The notes beneath the pieces were generated by a model. That model saw only the letters and a list, made by a program, of their open reading frames with translations, was not told the DNA's origin and did not search any database. Positions 37,277 through 51,949 of a stretch of 64,000 nt of DNA are shown in pieces; position 1 is the stretch's first letter; every line of letters starts with the position of its first letter. The position numbers and the translations under genes are program-made. Source of the DNA: Tubiluchus corallicola. Taxonomy: Eukaryota > Animalia > Priapulida. Location: assembly GCA_030141605.1 (NCBI GenBank), contig JAQGDQ010000756.1:1-64000 (forward strand), read 5' to 3'.

Positions 37277-37843
37277 TACACGCACGCACGCACTCACACA
37301 CACACACACGCGCGCGCGCGCACACACACACACGTTCACGCATGCACCCACCCTCACACACACACGCACACCCGCACCCACACACCCACACACACACCCA
37401 CGCACGCACACACACACGCGTGCGCACACGCGCACACACACACGTTCACGCACGCACCCACCCACCCACACACACACACGCACCCACACACACACCCACG
37501 CACGCACACACACACACGTTCACACACGCACGCATGCACGCGCGCACACACACACACACGTTCATACACGCACGCACACACACACACACACGCACACACA
37601 CGCACACACGTTCACACACGCACGCACCCACCCACACACACACAAGCACACGTGCACGCACGCACGCACACACACACACGTTCACACACGCACGCACACG
37701 CACATGCACACACACGCACACACGTTCACACACACACGCACCCACCCACACACACACACACACACAGCACACATGCACGCACGCACGCACACACACACAC
37801 ACGTTCACACACGCACGCACACGCACACACACACACACACACA
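37277..37843. repeat. Compound (CA)n/(CACG)n microsatellite
   Basis: Direct reading. Confidence 0.95.
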
Positions 37844-38959
37844 ACTCGTTATTCTGTACTTTTGATTCATGTGATTATACTTCTATTCACTTTATTTCTT
37901 TAATTCACTTTAATTTACTATTTCAATTGATTCGGTTACGTCACACAGCAAACGACGAAATATTATGTAAATGAATTAGGAGTGTTCGCAGCATCGTTTC
38001 TGCTTTTATTTCTTGGAAAAATGAGAGGCACTCTTAATAATTTGTTTAAAAATTCATCACACACGTTTATTACTCTACGATGAATCCTACTGAGTGTTTC
38101 AACAGCATGAAATAATGTTTGATTTGCACCGTTTACTGTAAATATAACACGAGTACGTTTTGCACAGTTTGTGTTGCGTTCATTTATAATTCGTGAGTAA
38201 ATCAATGTTTCGGGACAGTGGCTAGGGTAAATTGTCCCGAAAAAGGCAAGTGGGTCCTCCTGGTGGGGTAGAGTTCACTAAAGAAGAAGGTGAATACAGG
38301 TCCAACAAGTCCAAGTCTTAATATATATACAAGTTTATTTATTTCCACTCTGCATCTAACAGTTTTAATAAAAATACAGATAATTTCACTGAAGTAAATA
38401 TAAATATAAATGCAATATTATCCAGAAATTACAAAAGAGGTTCTTATGCAGCATATACATGTGCAAATTACATTACAGAGTAATTTTGATGCATACAGTT
38501 TGAGCCTAAAAGCATAGCTTGACAGGCCAAACTGTACGTGGAGATCTTAAAGAAGTGATTAATAATTGAAATAATGATAATATATACATGAGTGTGGGGG
38601 GGGGGAGTAGTGAATGAAAGATAAAATGAAGCGAGAACTAAGAAAAACTGTGATCATGATTATAAAGTGTTCAGTAACCTGTTGAGCATAGTCACGTTTT
38701 ATTAAGATTACTGTGGAAAAAGAATGCAGGTGATTACCATTATCAAACTGTGTTACTCTCAGTGGTTTGTTGGTGATAAGATCACAGGATAGTTCTTCTT
38801 GAAGGCCCTGCGTAACGGTGAACAGTGACACAATTTCTGACGTAAATTCCACAGATAAGAAGCCTGGTGGAAAAAATTGGATTTATTATCAACGATTTAA
38901 AATGCGATTTATCGAAACTCAGTAACCTTTGATTACGTAATATCATCGTAGTAAAAGGA

Positions 38960-39640
38960 AGACTGACAGACAGACAGATAAGTAGGTAGGTAGATGGATA
39001 GGTAGACAGACAGACAGACAGACAGGTAAATAGACAGGAAGTTAAAAGTTAAAAATAGACAGGCAGACAAACAGACAGATAGACAAACAGACAGGAAGTA
39101 GACAGACAAATAGACAGACAGACAGATAGACAGGCAAATAGACAGACAGACAAGTAGACAGACAGACTGACAAGCAGATAGACAGACAGAAGACAAACAG
39201 ACAGATAGACAGACAAGTAGACAGACAGCCTGGCAAGCAGATAGACAAACAGACAGACAGACAGACCAACAGGCAGACAGACAAACAGACAGATAGACAG
39301 ACAAGTAGACAGACAGACTGGCAAGCAGATAGACAAACAGACAGACAGGAAGGTGACAGACAAATAGACAGACAGACAGACCAACAGGCAGGCAGACAGA
39401 CAGGAAGTAGACAGGCAAATAGACAGACAGACAGACAGACAGACAGAAAAACAGACAGATAGACAGACAAGTAGCCAGACAAGTAGACAGACAAACTGGC
39501 AAGCAGATAGACAAACAGACAGACAGGAAGTAGACAGACAAATAGACAGACAGACAAGTAGACAGACCAACAGGCAGGCAGACAGACAGGAAGTAGACAG
39601 ACAAATAGACAGACAGACTGGCAAGCAGATAGACAAACAG
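38960..39640. repeat. Degenerate (GACA)n microsatellite
   Basis: Direct reading. Confidence 0.95.
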
Positions 39641-40090
39641 TCATACTTTTCACTTTATGCACTATAAAGAGAAAATTGTCTAGAAAGTTCTAAATTTTCT
39701 CTAGCTGATATTGAATAAAGTGGAGCGCATCCCAGCTAGGAGGCGCCAATAAATTTTCAATCATTCCTCTTTTTTGATTGATTCTCGTCTTCCTGTCTGA
39801 TTGGTTCTGAATGAATATGGAAAGGAAATGGTCTTCTCATTTCACAATAACCCTCTCGCTCTATTGCTTTCCAAGAAGCCATAAACTAAGAGAGAGAAAG
39901 AGAGGCAGTAAAAATTAATCGTTCTCACTTCAGACTATAGTGGATCATCATAAATTACGCCAGAAAACTATCATTTTAGAATCAGAGTCGTTTAACGTGG
40001 GTCGTTATCCAGTCTCTGGGGGGGGGGGGTCCTGTTATAAAATCAAGTTTTTCTTGTCCATTAAAAACACATTTTTTACTTTTTTGATTT

Positions 40091-40115
40091 GTGTTGTTGT
40101 TGTTGTTGCTGCTGC

Positions 40116-40150
<35 letters not shown>

Positions 40151-40227
40151 TGTTGCTGTTTGTTGCTGTTTTTGATGTATGTTTTTGTTGTTTCTTGTTG
40201 TTGTCTCCTGCTGCTGTTGTTGTTGTT

Positions 40228-40258
<31 letters not shown>

Positions 40259-40343
40259 TTGTTGTTGTTTTGTTGCTGTTTGTTGCTGTTTTTGATGTAT
40301 GTTTTTGTTGTTTCTTGTTGTTGTCTCCTGCTGCTGCTGCTGC

Positions 40344-40383
<40 letters not shown>

Positions 40384-40440
40384 GCTTTTGATGTTTTTGT
40401 TGTTGCTGCTGCTGCTGTTGTTGTTGTTGTTGCTGGTGTT
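40091..40440. repeat. (GTT/GCT)n tract with an internal ~120-bp duplication
   Basis: Direct reading. Confidence 0.9.
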
Positions 40441-40999
40441 ATTTTTGCCGTTATCCTTGTTGTTTGATTGTATGATTGGTTCACTGATTGATCATTTGCT
40501 TGTGTTTCTCTTTTTTCTTTTTTTCTTTTTTCTTCTTTTCGGTTTTTTCTTTTTTTGTTTTCCATCTTTATTCTTTTCTTTTTTAGAACATCATTGTTGG
40601 CTCCTTATTCGGCTGTTGTAATTTGATGTCCTGGTGACTGACTAGACTGGCTAGACGACGTTTAGTAGGCTAGATGACAGGTTAATAAGTTGGTTTGTTA
40701 GCTTGTTTGCCTGCTGGCTTGATTACTTCTAACAAAATTGACAGTTGAACACAGCGAGACACTCTATCCACGTTTTCACTACCTCCAAGGTACAACATGA
40801 TAGCCTGACGTCTTTTCATTTCATCTTTTCAAATAAGGATCTCCCGTATTGCTCTTACATCTTCTTTTCAAAGCTTGTGATCATTATCTTGGCAACACGC
40901 TCTATTCAGCGGAGCCGCTAGCCCTGTTTACATTTAATTTTCGCTAAAACTTTTTGAGAAACACGGGAAATTGAAGACATGCGTTGTCTGTTTTTTCAG

Positions 41000-41053
41000 A
41001 TCGACTATCTCGCCTCGAGGGTTTCCCTGCTGAAGCCATTTCCTAGTTTAACG
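41000..41053 (+). other. Candidate isolated 54-nt exon
   Basis: gttttttcag| acceptor and CG|gtaagt donor. One open frame (IDYLASRVSLLKPFPSLT). No partner exons were identified. Confidence 0.35.
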
Positions 41054-41125
41054 GTAAGTTTTCAGACTAGAGTTCTGAATCGATGCTAATAATTTCTTAA
41101 TTGGATAGAAGGATTAAATCACCAA

Positions 41126-41445
41126 GAATGGATGGATGGAGGGATGAAAGGGAGAGTTTTTGTTAGTAAAAGTGGATGGATGGATGCAAGGATTGGTGGA
41201 TGGATGGATGGATGGATGGATGGATGGATGGAGGGAGGGATGGATGGATGGATGGATGGATGGATGGATCGACGAACAGACAGATCGAGAGAGTGAAGAA
41301 AGGAACGGAAAAATGGGAAATAGAGGAATAAATGGAGGACCGACGAGTGTGTGGAAAGATGGACGGATGAATAAAATGAATGAGCGAACGAGTGGATGGA
41401 TGGATCGATGGATGCATGGATGAATGGATGGATTGATGTATGAAT
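41126..41445. repeat. (GGAT)n microsatellite
   Basis: Direct reading. Confidence 0.9.
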
Positions 41446-42896
41446 GAAGGAATTAAACGAAAGCAGAAAGGAGGAGAAAAAGATGAAAGAAAGAAAGAAA
41501 GAAAGAAAGGTATGACAGAAAGACAAACAAACAGCGAGTGGAGGAAAACAAAGTCCATGTGCACATAGAAATATTATTAAATAAAGAAATAAATTGATAA
41601 ACGAAATAATTTGAAAATAACTCCAAGCACATTAAAAGAAATAAGATGGATAACATTTGTTGCAAGAACTAACTAACGTGTCAAAGTTTTTTCATTCAGA
41701 AAATATTTTAGAGTAAAATGTGATCATCTCTTCATATTCCACATTCATTCAGACCGCGCATGCGCAGTGCAGTATAAAAGCACCAAAAATCCGAAATTAA
41801 TCATTGTCCCCTTCGCATCCGTCGCACTGCGCACCCCTTCTAGAAATGGTTTCACCCAAAGTGGTCGATATTGAAACAGGATGCGTTTAGATGGAAAACA
41901 AAAGAAGTTTAATTTCGTTACAAAAACAGTCTCACTAAATCGATCTATTGCAGAGAAAAAAATGGATCTTTTGGTATTGAGTAGACAATATGTGTACCCA
42001 CTAAAGAGATTTATCGATACCTATGATGTCTTATTGCTTGTAAGTATAAGCAATCGTGACGCTGGTTACTAATTAGATAGTTGACCGCTAAAAGAAAAAT
42101 TGATTTTATGCATTTTCGTCTACAATAGCTTTCTGCTTTTAATTATCTATCCCAGTATGCACCAGAAAACGTCACTGGCTCACCAACAAGCGTATTATTA
42201 ATGATATTGATAAGATAAAGTGATTTAAACTGTTGCTTAGTTAGCAAAGAATGCGCTACGAATGTTACGATTGTTTTTTCAAACTTTACGCAATGTTATC
42301 TAAACTTATTTTAAACTACTTACAGTTACATAGTTAAGAATTTTTTTAAAGTCACACATGTTCTATCACTTTATTTCTTAGAAATTTGCATATGTTTTAA
42401 TACGCATTGTGCATTGTGGGTTCCGAGTCAAACTGCCCCACCGAGTCTATGGGTTCAACACTCTGCAAAGGGGACCTTTTATGGAATTTTAAATGCAGAA
42501 GCCAAATGACCTGCTGTATTGCAGCATAATAGTTAATTAATGTAAAAGCAGCTTTAATTAAGACTGACGTGTAGTTTTAATCCCTAACACGCATTAGCCT
42601 ATCTTTTAATTTGGTCACGTGCTTCGATCACGTGACTTGCAGCTGCCGCCGTAGTTAATGGATTCGTCATCAAGGAAAGAGACGAATTTTTAGGAAAAAC
42701 AGCGAAGAGAGGATTTGTGGAGTTTTTGCAGCTGAGAATTTATCGAAAGCTCCTGTCTGTCTCACAGATAAATTGGATTAAGCGAAGGTTAGGTAATATT
42801 AGTTTCTTCAATTTCCACGTGAGGGCGTGCTTGTTTTAATAATGTGTTACGTCATTTGTGGAGCTGTGCTTAAACTTCTTCTTCTTCTTCTTCGTC

Positions 42897-43288
<392 letters not shown>

Positions 43289-43370
43289 AATAGTTTAATT
43301 TATTTCCAAAATGACATAAATAATACATTGTCAGATAGGTACACAGGCCTACATTGCAAACTCAGCATTT

Positions 43371-43880
43371 GCAACAAGTTGCGAGAGAAGTTGCCAAGTC
43401 GTTCACACGTGCAACTTTACTCTCAGAGAGAAGTTGTGCAACAAGTTGCGAGAGAAGTTGCCAAACCGTTCACACGTGCAACTTTACTCTCTGGCAGAAG
43501 TTGCGCAACAAGTTGTGAGAGAAGTTGCCAAGTCATTCACACGTGCAACTTTACTCTCAGACAGAAGTTGTGCAACAAGTTGCGAGAGAAGTTGCCAAGT
43601 CATTCACACATGCAAACTTTACTCTCAGACAGAAGTTGTGCAACAAGTTGCGAGAGAAGTTACCAAGCCATTCACACGTGCAACTTTACTCTCAGACAGA
43701 AGTTGTGCAACAAGTTGTGAGAGAAGTTGCCAAGTCATTCACACATGCAACTTTACTCTCAGACAGAAGTTGTGCAACAAGTTGTGAGAGAAGTTGCCAA
43801 GCCGTTCACACGTGCAACTTTACTCTCTGACAGAAGTTGCGCAACAAGTTGTGAGAAAAATCTCTACGTCTGAACGCGCC
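43371..43880. repeat. 67-bp tandem array (~7 copies) ending in a Harbinger-like TIR
   Basis: The unit contains GCCGTTCACACG, and the array is followed by CGTCTGAACGCGCC, its approximate reverse complement. Confidence 0.8.
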
Positions 43881-45191
43881 ATTAGTACATTGAAAATCGA
43901 CTAGTCCTACATTTTCGTCTGCCTCTTCCAAACCCATCAGGGGCAAGAATGCAGATCGATAGACCGAAATCAATAACTCTAAGATCGAACCTCCAAGTCT
44001 AGCACTCTGTCCGCCTGATTGTCACTCACTCGCAAAGAACAAATAATGGGCGCATGGTCAAATTAAACGCTAGCTCATAGATATGTGCTTTGGCCACAGA
44101 TTTCAGCTTTGGTTCAGCTAATTGGATCGTCTGCATTAAGCCTTTCTGTTCGCGATTTTTTTCATTCCTTCTTTGTCGAAGATTTGAATGGATTTCGCTC
44201 GTGTTTCTCACGCCACTAATCAATGATAAAGCTGTTCACTTGTTCGTTTCATCAGGCAAAAGTGTTCGGCGAGGGAATATCAATCGATTCGAAGTCTCGA
44301 GTTCGTTCTCACACAAACACTCCATGCTTCGCGTTTGTGTTTTAACAAAATCGACGACTATCTAATTCCGAGGAATTTTTTAAAAAAAACTTTAGTTTCC
44401 AGTCGTTTCTGTACAAAATGTCGAGAGAATTTTGATGAGGATTGAACATCTACAAATGCTAGGTAAGCATTGCGAAGCATGTGCATGGAAAATACATTAA
44501 AATACCTACGTGACATATAGGTAAAGCTAAGCTGTCTGGCACATCAGTTCAATAGCTACACTTTTTTATGAGATTTACGAGAATTAATAATTTAGTATTA
44601 AGGTAAAGCTAAGCCGTCTGGCACATCAGTTCAATAACTACAGTTTTTTATGAGACTTACGAGAATTAATAATTTATTATTAATTATATAAGTGGGCAAA
44701 CGAGTCGCTCGATTTAAATGTGAATTTTCGTTTCTTTGTTTTGAGCTGTCTTTTTTAACGTTCTTGTACATTTAAGATGTTGACACAATATCAACTGCAG
44801 TTGTTTAAGCTTACAACTCAAAGTTCAATACTTTTATCGAAACCAAGTGAGACATACGCGCGATTATATTCGTATGCTCGGAAGCTATTGTTTCGCGTTC
44901 CGAAATTTGCAGTTGTTTACAATGTTACCAGTAGGCAAAGCAAGCGTAACGACAACTTTGAGCTGTTTGAGATCCACGTGCTTTGCAACCATCATTATGT
45001 ATAGGGTAGAGTGGGGTAATATGGACCCGGTGGGGCAATAATTGGATTTTGATCTAGGTCTGTTAACCCATAAGTTTGCAAAATTGTTCAGTAGATTGCC
45101 GAGGCTGCCAGCTTAGTATGTATTTCAGTATTTATCCACTTAATGTACAAATATTTGTAAAAGAGCAGATTGAAAGGGTCTATATTACCCC

Positions 45192-45540
45192 GTGTGTGTG
45201 TGAGCGTGCGTGCGTGTGTGTGTGTGTGTGTGCGTGTCCATGTGTGTATGTGTGTGTGTGTGCGTGCGTGCGTGTGTGCGTGTACGTGCACGCGCGCGTG
45301 TGTGTGTGTGTGCGTGTGTGTGTGCGTGTCCGTGTGTGTATGTGTGTGTGTGTGTGTGCGTGCGTGCGTGCGTGTGTGCGTGCGTGCGTGCGCGCGTGTG
45401 TGTGTGTGCGTGTTCGTATGCGTGGCATGTGTGTGTGTGTGTGTGTGAGTGTGTGTGCGTGTGTGCGTGTGCGTGTATGTGTGCGTATGCGTGGCATGTG
45501 CGTGTGCGTGTATGTGTGCGTATGCGTGGCATGTGCGTGT
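45192..45540. repeat. Compound (GT)n/(GCGT)n microsatellite
   Basis: Direct reading. Confidence 0.95.
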
Positions 45541-46625
45541 AAGTTTCTTGTATCATGCCTGCACTTTATATCTTATATGACTTTACGTTTACTTCAAATT
45601 ACTTGTTCATTTAGTGTTAATGTCTCCAATAGATGGCACTCATTGATGGTGCTTTTATTACCTGTAATTACCTGTCTGATTAGCGCTTATAATAATGAAA
45701 TCTATCTGTTCTCGCACAACGAAACCGTGAAAAGGCTTAGTTTTCGACTACCATATTAACTTTGTAAAACAGACGATGTTTTCATCATTGATTTTTCCCA
45801 CAAAACACCAGAAACCAAAATATGAAAGAAGAGCCATGGCGAAGGGCAATAAATATCGTCGCTTGATTATTGATTTTTCGTAAAAAAGTCTCATCAGTTT
45901 GACATGTTTGCCTGCAAGTGGAAAAATACCAGAGTCATATTTTATGAAAACTGTGTTTTCCTTGCCATCATAATCAGTACTTGGTTTAAAAAGGGATACG
46001 TTACTTATACTTCTTTGTTGACAACTAAGGTGAGCGCTGTTATAATGAATAAGTGCTGCTAATAACTTTGTTATGTATAATATTCAGAACTACGAGCCTG
46101 CAATTTGTAATTTATTGTAATTTATTATCACTTCAACATGTATTTTTACATTACAATTTGCATTATTATCTTTAACTATTATGCCTGATAACTAGAAAAT
46201 GAAATATAGTTACAATAATTGTAACAGAACTACATTAGTATACTATAGAATGATACAGTTAGGGAAAAATTCCAAATATAATTACAAAAATTTAACAGAA
46301 GTGTACTAACATAGTTACTAAACTACATAATAGTTTGTCAACAAGAAATAGATGCTGCATGGTGGTCAAGAAGCAAAGCTTGTAAGGCCACCGTGAAAAG
46401 TGAAAAAACGACAATACGATTACACCAGTGATACGATTACAAAGTGGGTAAATTTTTTTGAGCTAACAAGTTATTTTTTATAACCTAATAATTAATAATA
46501 ATAAATATTTATACGTTTTTCTGTTCTGATTGTGCTAAGCTGTGATAGAAGCAAAAGCTTCTGCTGGTTTATGGTTCTTGTAGTTTCACGACTGTTTTTC
46601 GTTTCTATACGGAATTCATATAGAA

Positions 46626-46935
46626 CTAGCAAAGGCCCTGCAAAAAATTTTGCGTATAAATACACGTATAATCAATAATACGCGAACATCCTACCTAGTG
46701 GTTGTTTGTTTACCTAACGCAAAGCCAACAGCAGCAGCTTTTACTGAATTAAAGTGAAAAGGTTATAGGAAGAGTATAATGGATGACGTCACAACAATGG
46801 CTTTGCGTCAGCAGTTTTCTAAGCAAAAAATGCCAAAAATGGAACATCTAATTAACTCGTCGATACTCCTCTCAGTGGACCTGCCCTATAATATAGCTCA
46901 CATCATCGTATAGCCCTATTCTTCCTCTTTCTAAA
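46626..46935 (-). mobile_element. Helitron 3' fragment (same family as 9395-10070)
   Basis: ctagcaaaggccctgcaaaaaattttgc... is the reverse complement of 10042-10070, and similarity continues for ~300 bp. Confidence 0.65.
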
Positions 46936-47243
46936 GAGCTAAATATCTCCTTCCGAGAGTCCCACACGGAATCCATATAGAATTCTAGCTTAGGCTTAGT
47001 TCACATAATACAAGAGTTTTGTGCAAATTAATATTTTTATATGCATTACTATGATTACACAAAGAATTGGTACTTATTATTATTAAACAAATAATTATAA
47101 ATGAAATAACTTATTTTTCTCTGGTGAAATTCGAATGCGTGCATTGCCGTAAAGATCGCCATGTTTCAAGTCTTTCACGCGAATGAGCGAGAATGACGTA
47201 CGAGGTACAGAAAGCGTGTTTAGTTACCGATGTTTGTTTATCA

Positions 47244-47861
47244 ATCTTTGGTGACTTCGTGACTGTACTCATGACGTCATTCGTTTCTCTTACTGATCTT
47301 TGGTGATCTCGTGACTGCACTCATGACGTTATTCGGCTTTCTTACTGATCTTTGGTGACCTCGTGACTGCACTCATTACGTCATTCGTCTCTCTTACTGA
47401 TCTTTGGTGACCTCGTGACTGTACTCATGATGTTATTCGTCTCCCTTACTGATCTTTGGTGACCTCGTGACTGCACTCATTACGTCATTCGTCTTTCTTA
47501 CTGATCTTTGGTGACCTCGTGACTGCACTCATTACGTCATTCGTCTTTCTTACTGATCTTTGGTGACCTCGTGACTGTACTCATGACGTTATTCGTCTCT
47601 CTTACTGATCTTTGGTGACCTCGTGACTGTACTCATGACGTCATTCGTCACACTTGCTAATCTTTGGTGACCTCGTGCTGCACTCATTACGTCATTCGTC
47701 TCTCTTACTGATCTTTGGTGACCTCGTGACTGTACTCATGACGTCATTCGTCTTTCTTACCGATCTTTGGTGACCTCGTGACTGTACTCATGACGTCATT
47801 CGTCTCACTTACCAATCTTTGGTGACCTCGTGACTGCACTCATTACGTCATTCGTCTCTCG
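47244..47861. repeat. 52-bp minisatellite, ~12 copies
   Basis: Unit GATCTTTGGTGACCTCGTGACTGTACTCATGACGTCATTCGTCTCTCTTACT. Confidence 0.95.
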
Positions 47862-49169
47862 CAACGAAAAATGGCAGTTCTTCAAATTTCACACCGCAAA
47901 CAACGAAGTGATAAAAAATAAAAAAACAAGTTTTACTGTAAGTTTATAATAAAATAAATTTCATATTCGTAATGAGAGTTGGATTTAAAGTTGTAAGAGT
48001 TTATGTTATAGTGAGAGTTAGTATGACTCTGATATAAAAACATGAATACAGTAATATATACATATGATACAGTAATATATATATATATATATATATATAT
48101 ACAGTAATTCTTGTTTCCTTTGAAACCAATTACCCCTAAAGAAAAACTGAGAATTCAGCTGATGTGAAATAAACTTGAATCGACTAGAATTATTAAACTC
48201 ATTTGCGGTTCTTACTCTAAAGTGTCTCGATTTTTTTTTACTCTAAATTTTACTCAGAATTACTCAAACTTTCTTGCTTGTGGGAAAAGCAGAAACGTTT
48301 ATCTCACGACGCCGGGCAGGTAACGATTAATGACCGAGTTTGTTTATTGTTTGCTCAGCTGATGTTGGCGTTAAATGGCTTCATGTATTGAACGAAGACC
48401 TACTTTCCGCTCGGCTAACTCTGAAGCACTGAAGCAGCGAGCGTATTTGAGGGTCGCAGAAAATGAGGCAAATCATTTACCATTTAGATGCAATTTGCAT
48501 GATTTTGGGGATTCATGCTAATGACTGCCTGCTTAGTTGAGTGACCACGGCTTCTAAGTATGGGCAATTTTATGCTCCGTTTGGCCTAGTTGTCAATGTC
48601 ATCCAGGCGTGGGCGTGAGGCTTCATAACTAAGGGTATGTTTGATAAGCTAAATGAAATACTGCTGCCTGAATACGCGTAGCACAGTTGCCTTAGGAACT
48701 AATGATCTGTTGAAGTTGTTATTGTTTGGAAAAGATGAATTTAACTATGTTGCTAACTGTAAAATATTCCAATGCATACATGACTTTATATTACGTACTA
48801 AACGCTTCTAGTAGTTTCTATCTGATATGAAATGCATCAATCTTAAATATTCGTACATTAATATTTTCTAACCGTCATTTTCTACTAATGTCTAATGTAA
48901 TCTTGTAGTAAAACTTGTCAGCTTGTGTAGTTATTGTCAATTCTTACTGTAAATGTTACTAATGTCTAATATAATCTTGTAGTAAAACTTGTCAGCTTGT
49001 GTAGTATAGTCTATTCTTACTGTAAATGTTTTTGTAAATAGTGTATAAAGTCTGTTGTGGTGAGGATCCTAAATCATGTTGTTCAAACTGTCTGATCCAA
49101 TTCTATAATAAATTATGTTTAAACTAAGGGTAGTTTTCTATTCAACGACAGAGAAGACCATGTGAGTAA

Positions 49170-51667
49170 CTAAGTTAGCTCCCACCCACGCAGAATGTGT
49201 TGGGGTTTCCAGTGTGAGGAAATGTGGCTAAGTTAGCTCACACCCACGCAGAATGTGTTGGGGTTTCCAGTGTGGAGAAATGTGGCTGAGTTAGCTCACA
49301 CCTATGCAGAATGTGTTGGGGTTTCCAGTGTGGAGAAATGTGGCTGAGTTAGCTCACACCCACGCAGAATGTGTTGGGGTTTCCAGTGTGGGGAAATGTG
49401 GCTGAGTTAGCTCACACCCATGCAGAATGTGTTGGGGTTTCCAGTGTGGGGAAATGTGGCTGAGTTAGCTCACACCCATGCAGAATGTGTTGAGGTTTCC
49501 AGTGTGGGGTAATGTGGCTAAGTTAGCTCACACCCACGCAGAATGTGTTGAGGTTTCCAGTGTGGGGAAATGTGGCTGAGTTATCTCACACCCATGCAGA
49601 ATGTGTTGGGGTTTCCAGTGAGGGGAAATGTGGCTGAGTTAGCTCACACCCATGCAGAATGTGTTGGTGTTTCCAGTGAGGGGAAATGTGGCTAAGTTAG
49701 CTCACACCCATACAGAATGTGTTGGGGTTTCCAGTGTGGGGAAATGTGGCTGAGTTAGCTCACACCCATACAGAATGTGTTGGGGTTTCCAGTGTGGGGA
49801 AATGTGGCTGAGTTAGCTCACACCCATACAGAATGTGTTGGGGTTTCCAGTGTGGGGAAATGTGGCTGAGTTAGCTCACACCCATGCAGAATGTGTTGGT
49901 GTTTCCAGTGAGGGGAAATGTGGCTGAGTTAGCTCACACCTATGCAGAATGTGTTGGGGTTTCCAGTGTGGGGAAATGTGGCTGAGTTAGCTCACACCCA
50001 TGCAGAATGTGTTGGGGTTTCCAGTGTGGGGAAATGTGGCTGAGTTAGCTCACACCCATACAGAATGTGTTGGGGTTTGCAGTGTGGGGAAATGTGGCTG
50101 AGTTAGCTCACACCCACGCAGAATGTGTTGGGGTTTCCAGTGTGGGGAAATGTGGCTGAGTTAGCTCACACCCATGCAGAATGTGCTGGGGTTTCTAGTG
50201 TGGGGAAATGTGGCTAAGTTAGCTCACGCCCACGCAGAATGTGTTGGGGTTTCCAGTGTGGTGAAATGTGGCTGAGTTAGCTCACACCCATGCAGAATGT
50301 GTTGGGGTTTCCAGTGTAGGGAAATGTGGCTACGTTAGCTCACACCCACGCAGAATGTGTTGGGGTTTCCAGTGTGGGGAAATGTGGCTGAGTTAGCTCA
50401 CACCCACGCAGAATGTGTTGGGGTTTCCAGTGTTGGGAAATGTGGCTACGTTAGCTCACACCCACGCAGAATGTGTTGGGGTTTCCAGTGTGGGGAAATG
50501 TGGCTAAGTTATCTCACACCCACGCAGAATGTGTTGAGGTTTCCAGTGTTGGGAAATGTGGCTACGTTAGCTCACACCCACGCAGAATGTGTTGGGGTTT
50601 CCAGTGTGGGGAAATGTGGCTAAGTTATCTCACACCCACGCAGAATGTGTTGAGGTTTCCAGTGTTGGGAAATGTGGCTACGTTAGCTCACACCCACGCA
50701 GAATGTGTTGGGGTTTCCAGTGTGGGGAAATGTGGCTAAGTTATCTCACACCCACGCAGAATGTGTTGAGGTTTCCAGTGTTGGGAAATGTGGCTACGTT
50801 AGCTCACACCCACGCAGAATGTGTTGGGGTTTCCAGTGTGGGGAAATGTGGCTAAGTTATCTCACACCCACGCAGAATGTGTTGAGGTTTCCAGTGTTGG
50901 GAAATGTGGCTACGTTAGCTCACACCCACGCAGAATGTGTTGGGGTTTCCAGTGTGGGGAAATGTGGCTAAGTTATCTCACACCCACGCAGAATGTGTTG
51001 AGGTTTCCAGTGTTGGGAAATGTGGCTACGTTAGCTCACACCCACGCAGAATGTGTTGGGGTTTCCAGTGTGGGGAAATGTGGCTAAGTTATCTCACACC
51101 CACGCAGAATGTGTTGAGGTTTCCAGTGTTGGGAAATGTGGCTACGTTAGCTCACACCCACGCAGAATGTGTTGGGGTTTCCAGTGTGGGGAAATGTGGC
51201 TAAGTTATCTCACACCCACGCAGAATGTGTTGAGGTTTCCAGTGTTGGGAAATGTGGCTACGTTAGCTCACACCCACGCAGAATGTGTTGGGGTTTCCAG
51301 TGTGGGGAAATGTGGCTAAGTTATCTCACACCCACGCAGAATGTGTTGGGGTTTCCAGTGTGGGGAAATGTGGCTGAGTTAGCTCACACCCACGCAGAAT
51401 ATGTTGGGGTTTCCAGTGAGGGGAAATGTGGCTGAGTTAGCTCACCCCCACGCAGAATGTGTTGGGGTTTCCAGTGTGGAGAAATGTGGCTAAGTTAGTT
51501 CACACCCACGCAGAATGTGTTGGGGTTTCCAGTGAGGGGAAATGTTTCCAAGTTAGCTCACACCCATGCAGAATGTGTTGGGGTTTCCAGTGTGGGGAAA
51601 TGTGGCTAAATTAGCTCACACCCATGCAGAATGTGTTGGGGTTTCCAGTGTGGGGAAATGTGGCTGC
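49170..51667. repeat. 58-bp satellite, ~43 copies, with a homogenised 116-bp dimer block
   Basis: Unit CTAAGTTAGCTCACACCCACGCAGAATGTGTTGGGGTTTCCAGTGTGGGGAAATGTGG. Identical ORFs recur every 116 bp from 50473 to 51053. Confidence 0.97.
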
Positions 51668-51949
51668 TCAATTGATTTTGTTTGCAGCCACGCCGTCATC
51701 CAACGAAGCCGTCAAGTGATTAATGATAACAAAATTAGATGATAAATCTGAAAATATGTACAAAGGATTAGGGCACAGCCTGCTATAGGATCGATTTGAT
51801 AGTATCAGTGTTATCAATTTCAAATTCTTTAGTGGTGGTTTCTGGTATGAAAAAATCGAAAGTGATTACTTACCCATTTACTAAACAATGGTGGTTGTGA
51901 CAAATTAAAGAACAATGCATTATGCTATACCCAACCATGGATGTCGCCA

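Noticed and set aside
43895-43945. Penelope-type hammerhead remnant on minus (CTGATGG-GTTTG...CAGAC-GAAA)
   Set aside because: The core has G in place of the conserved A, and there is no convincing stem III or stem I. Too degenerate to call.
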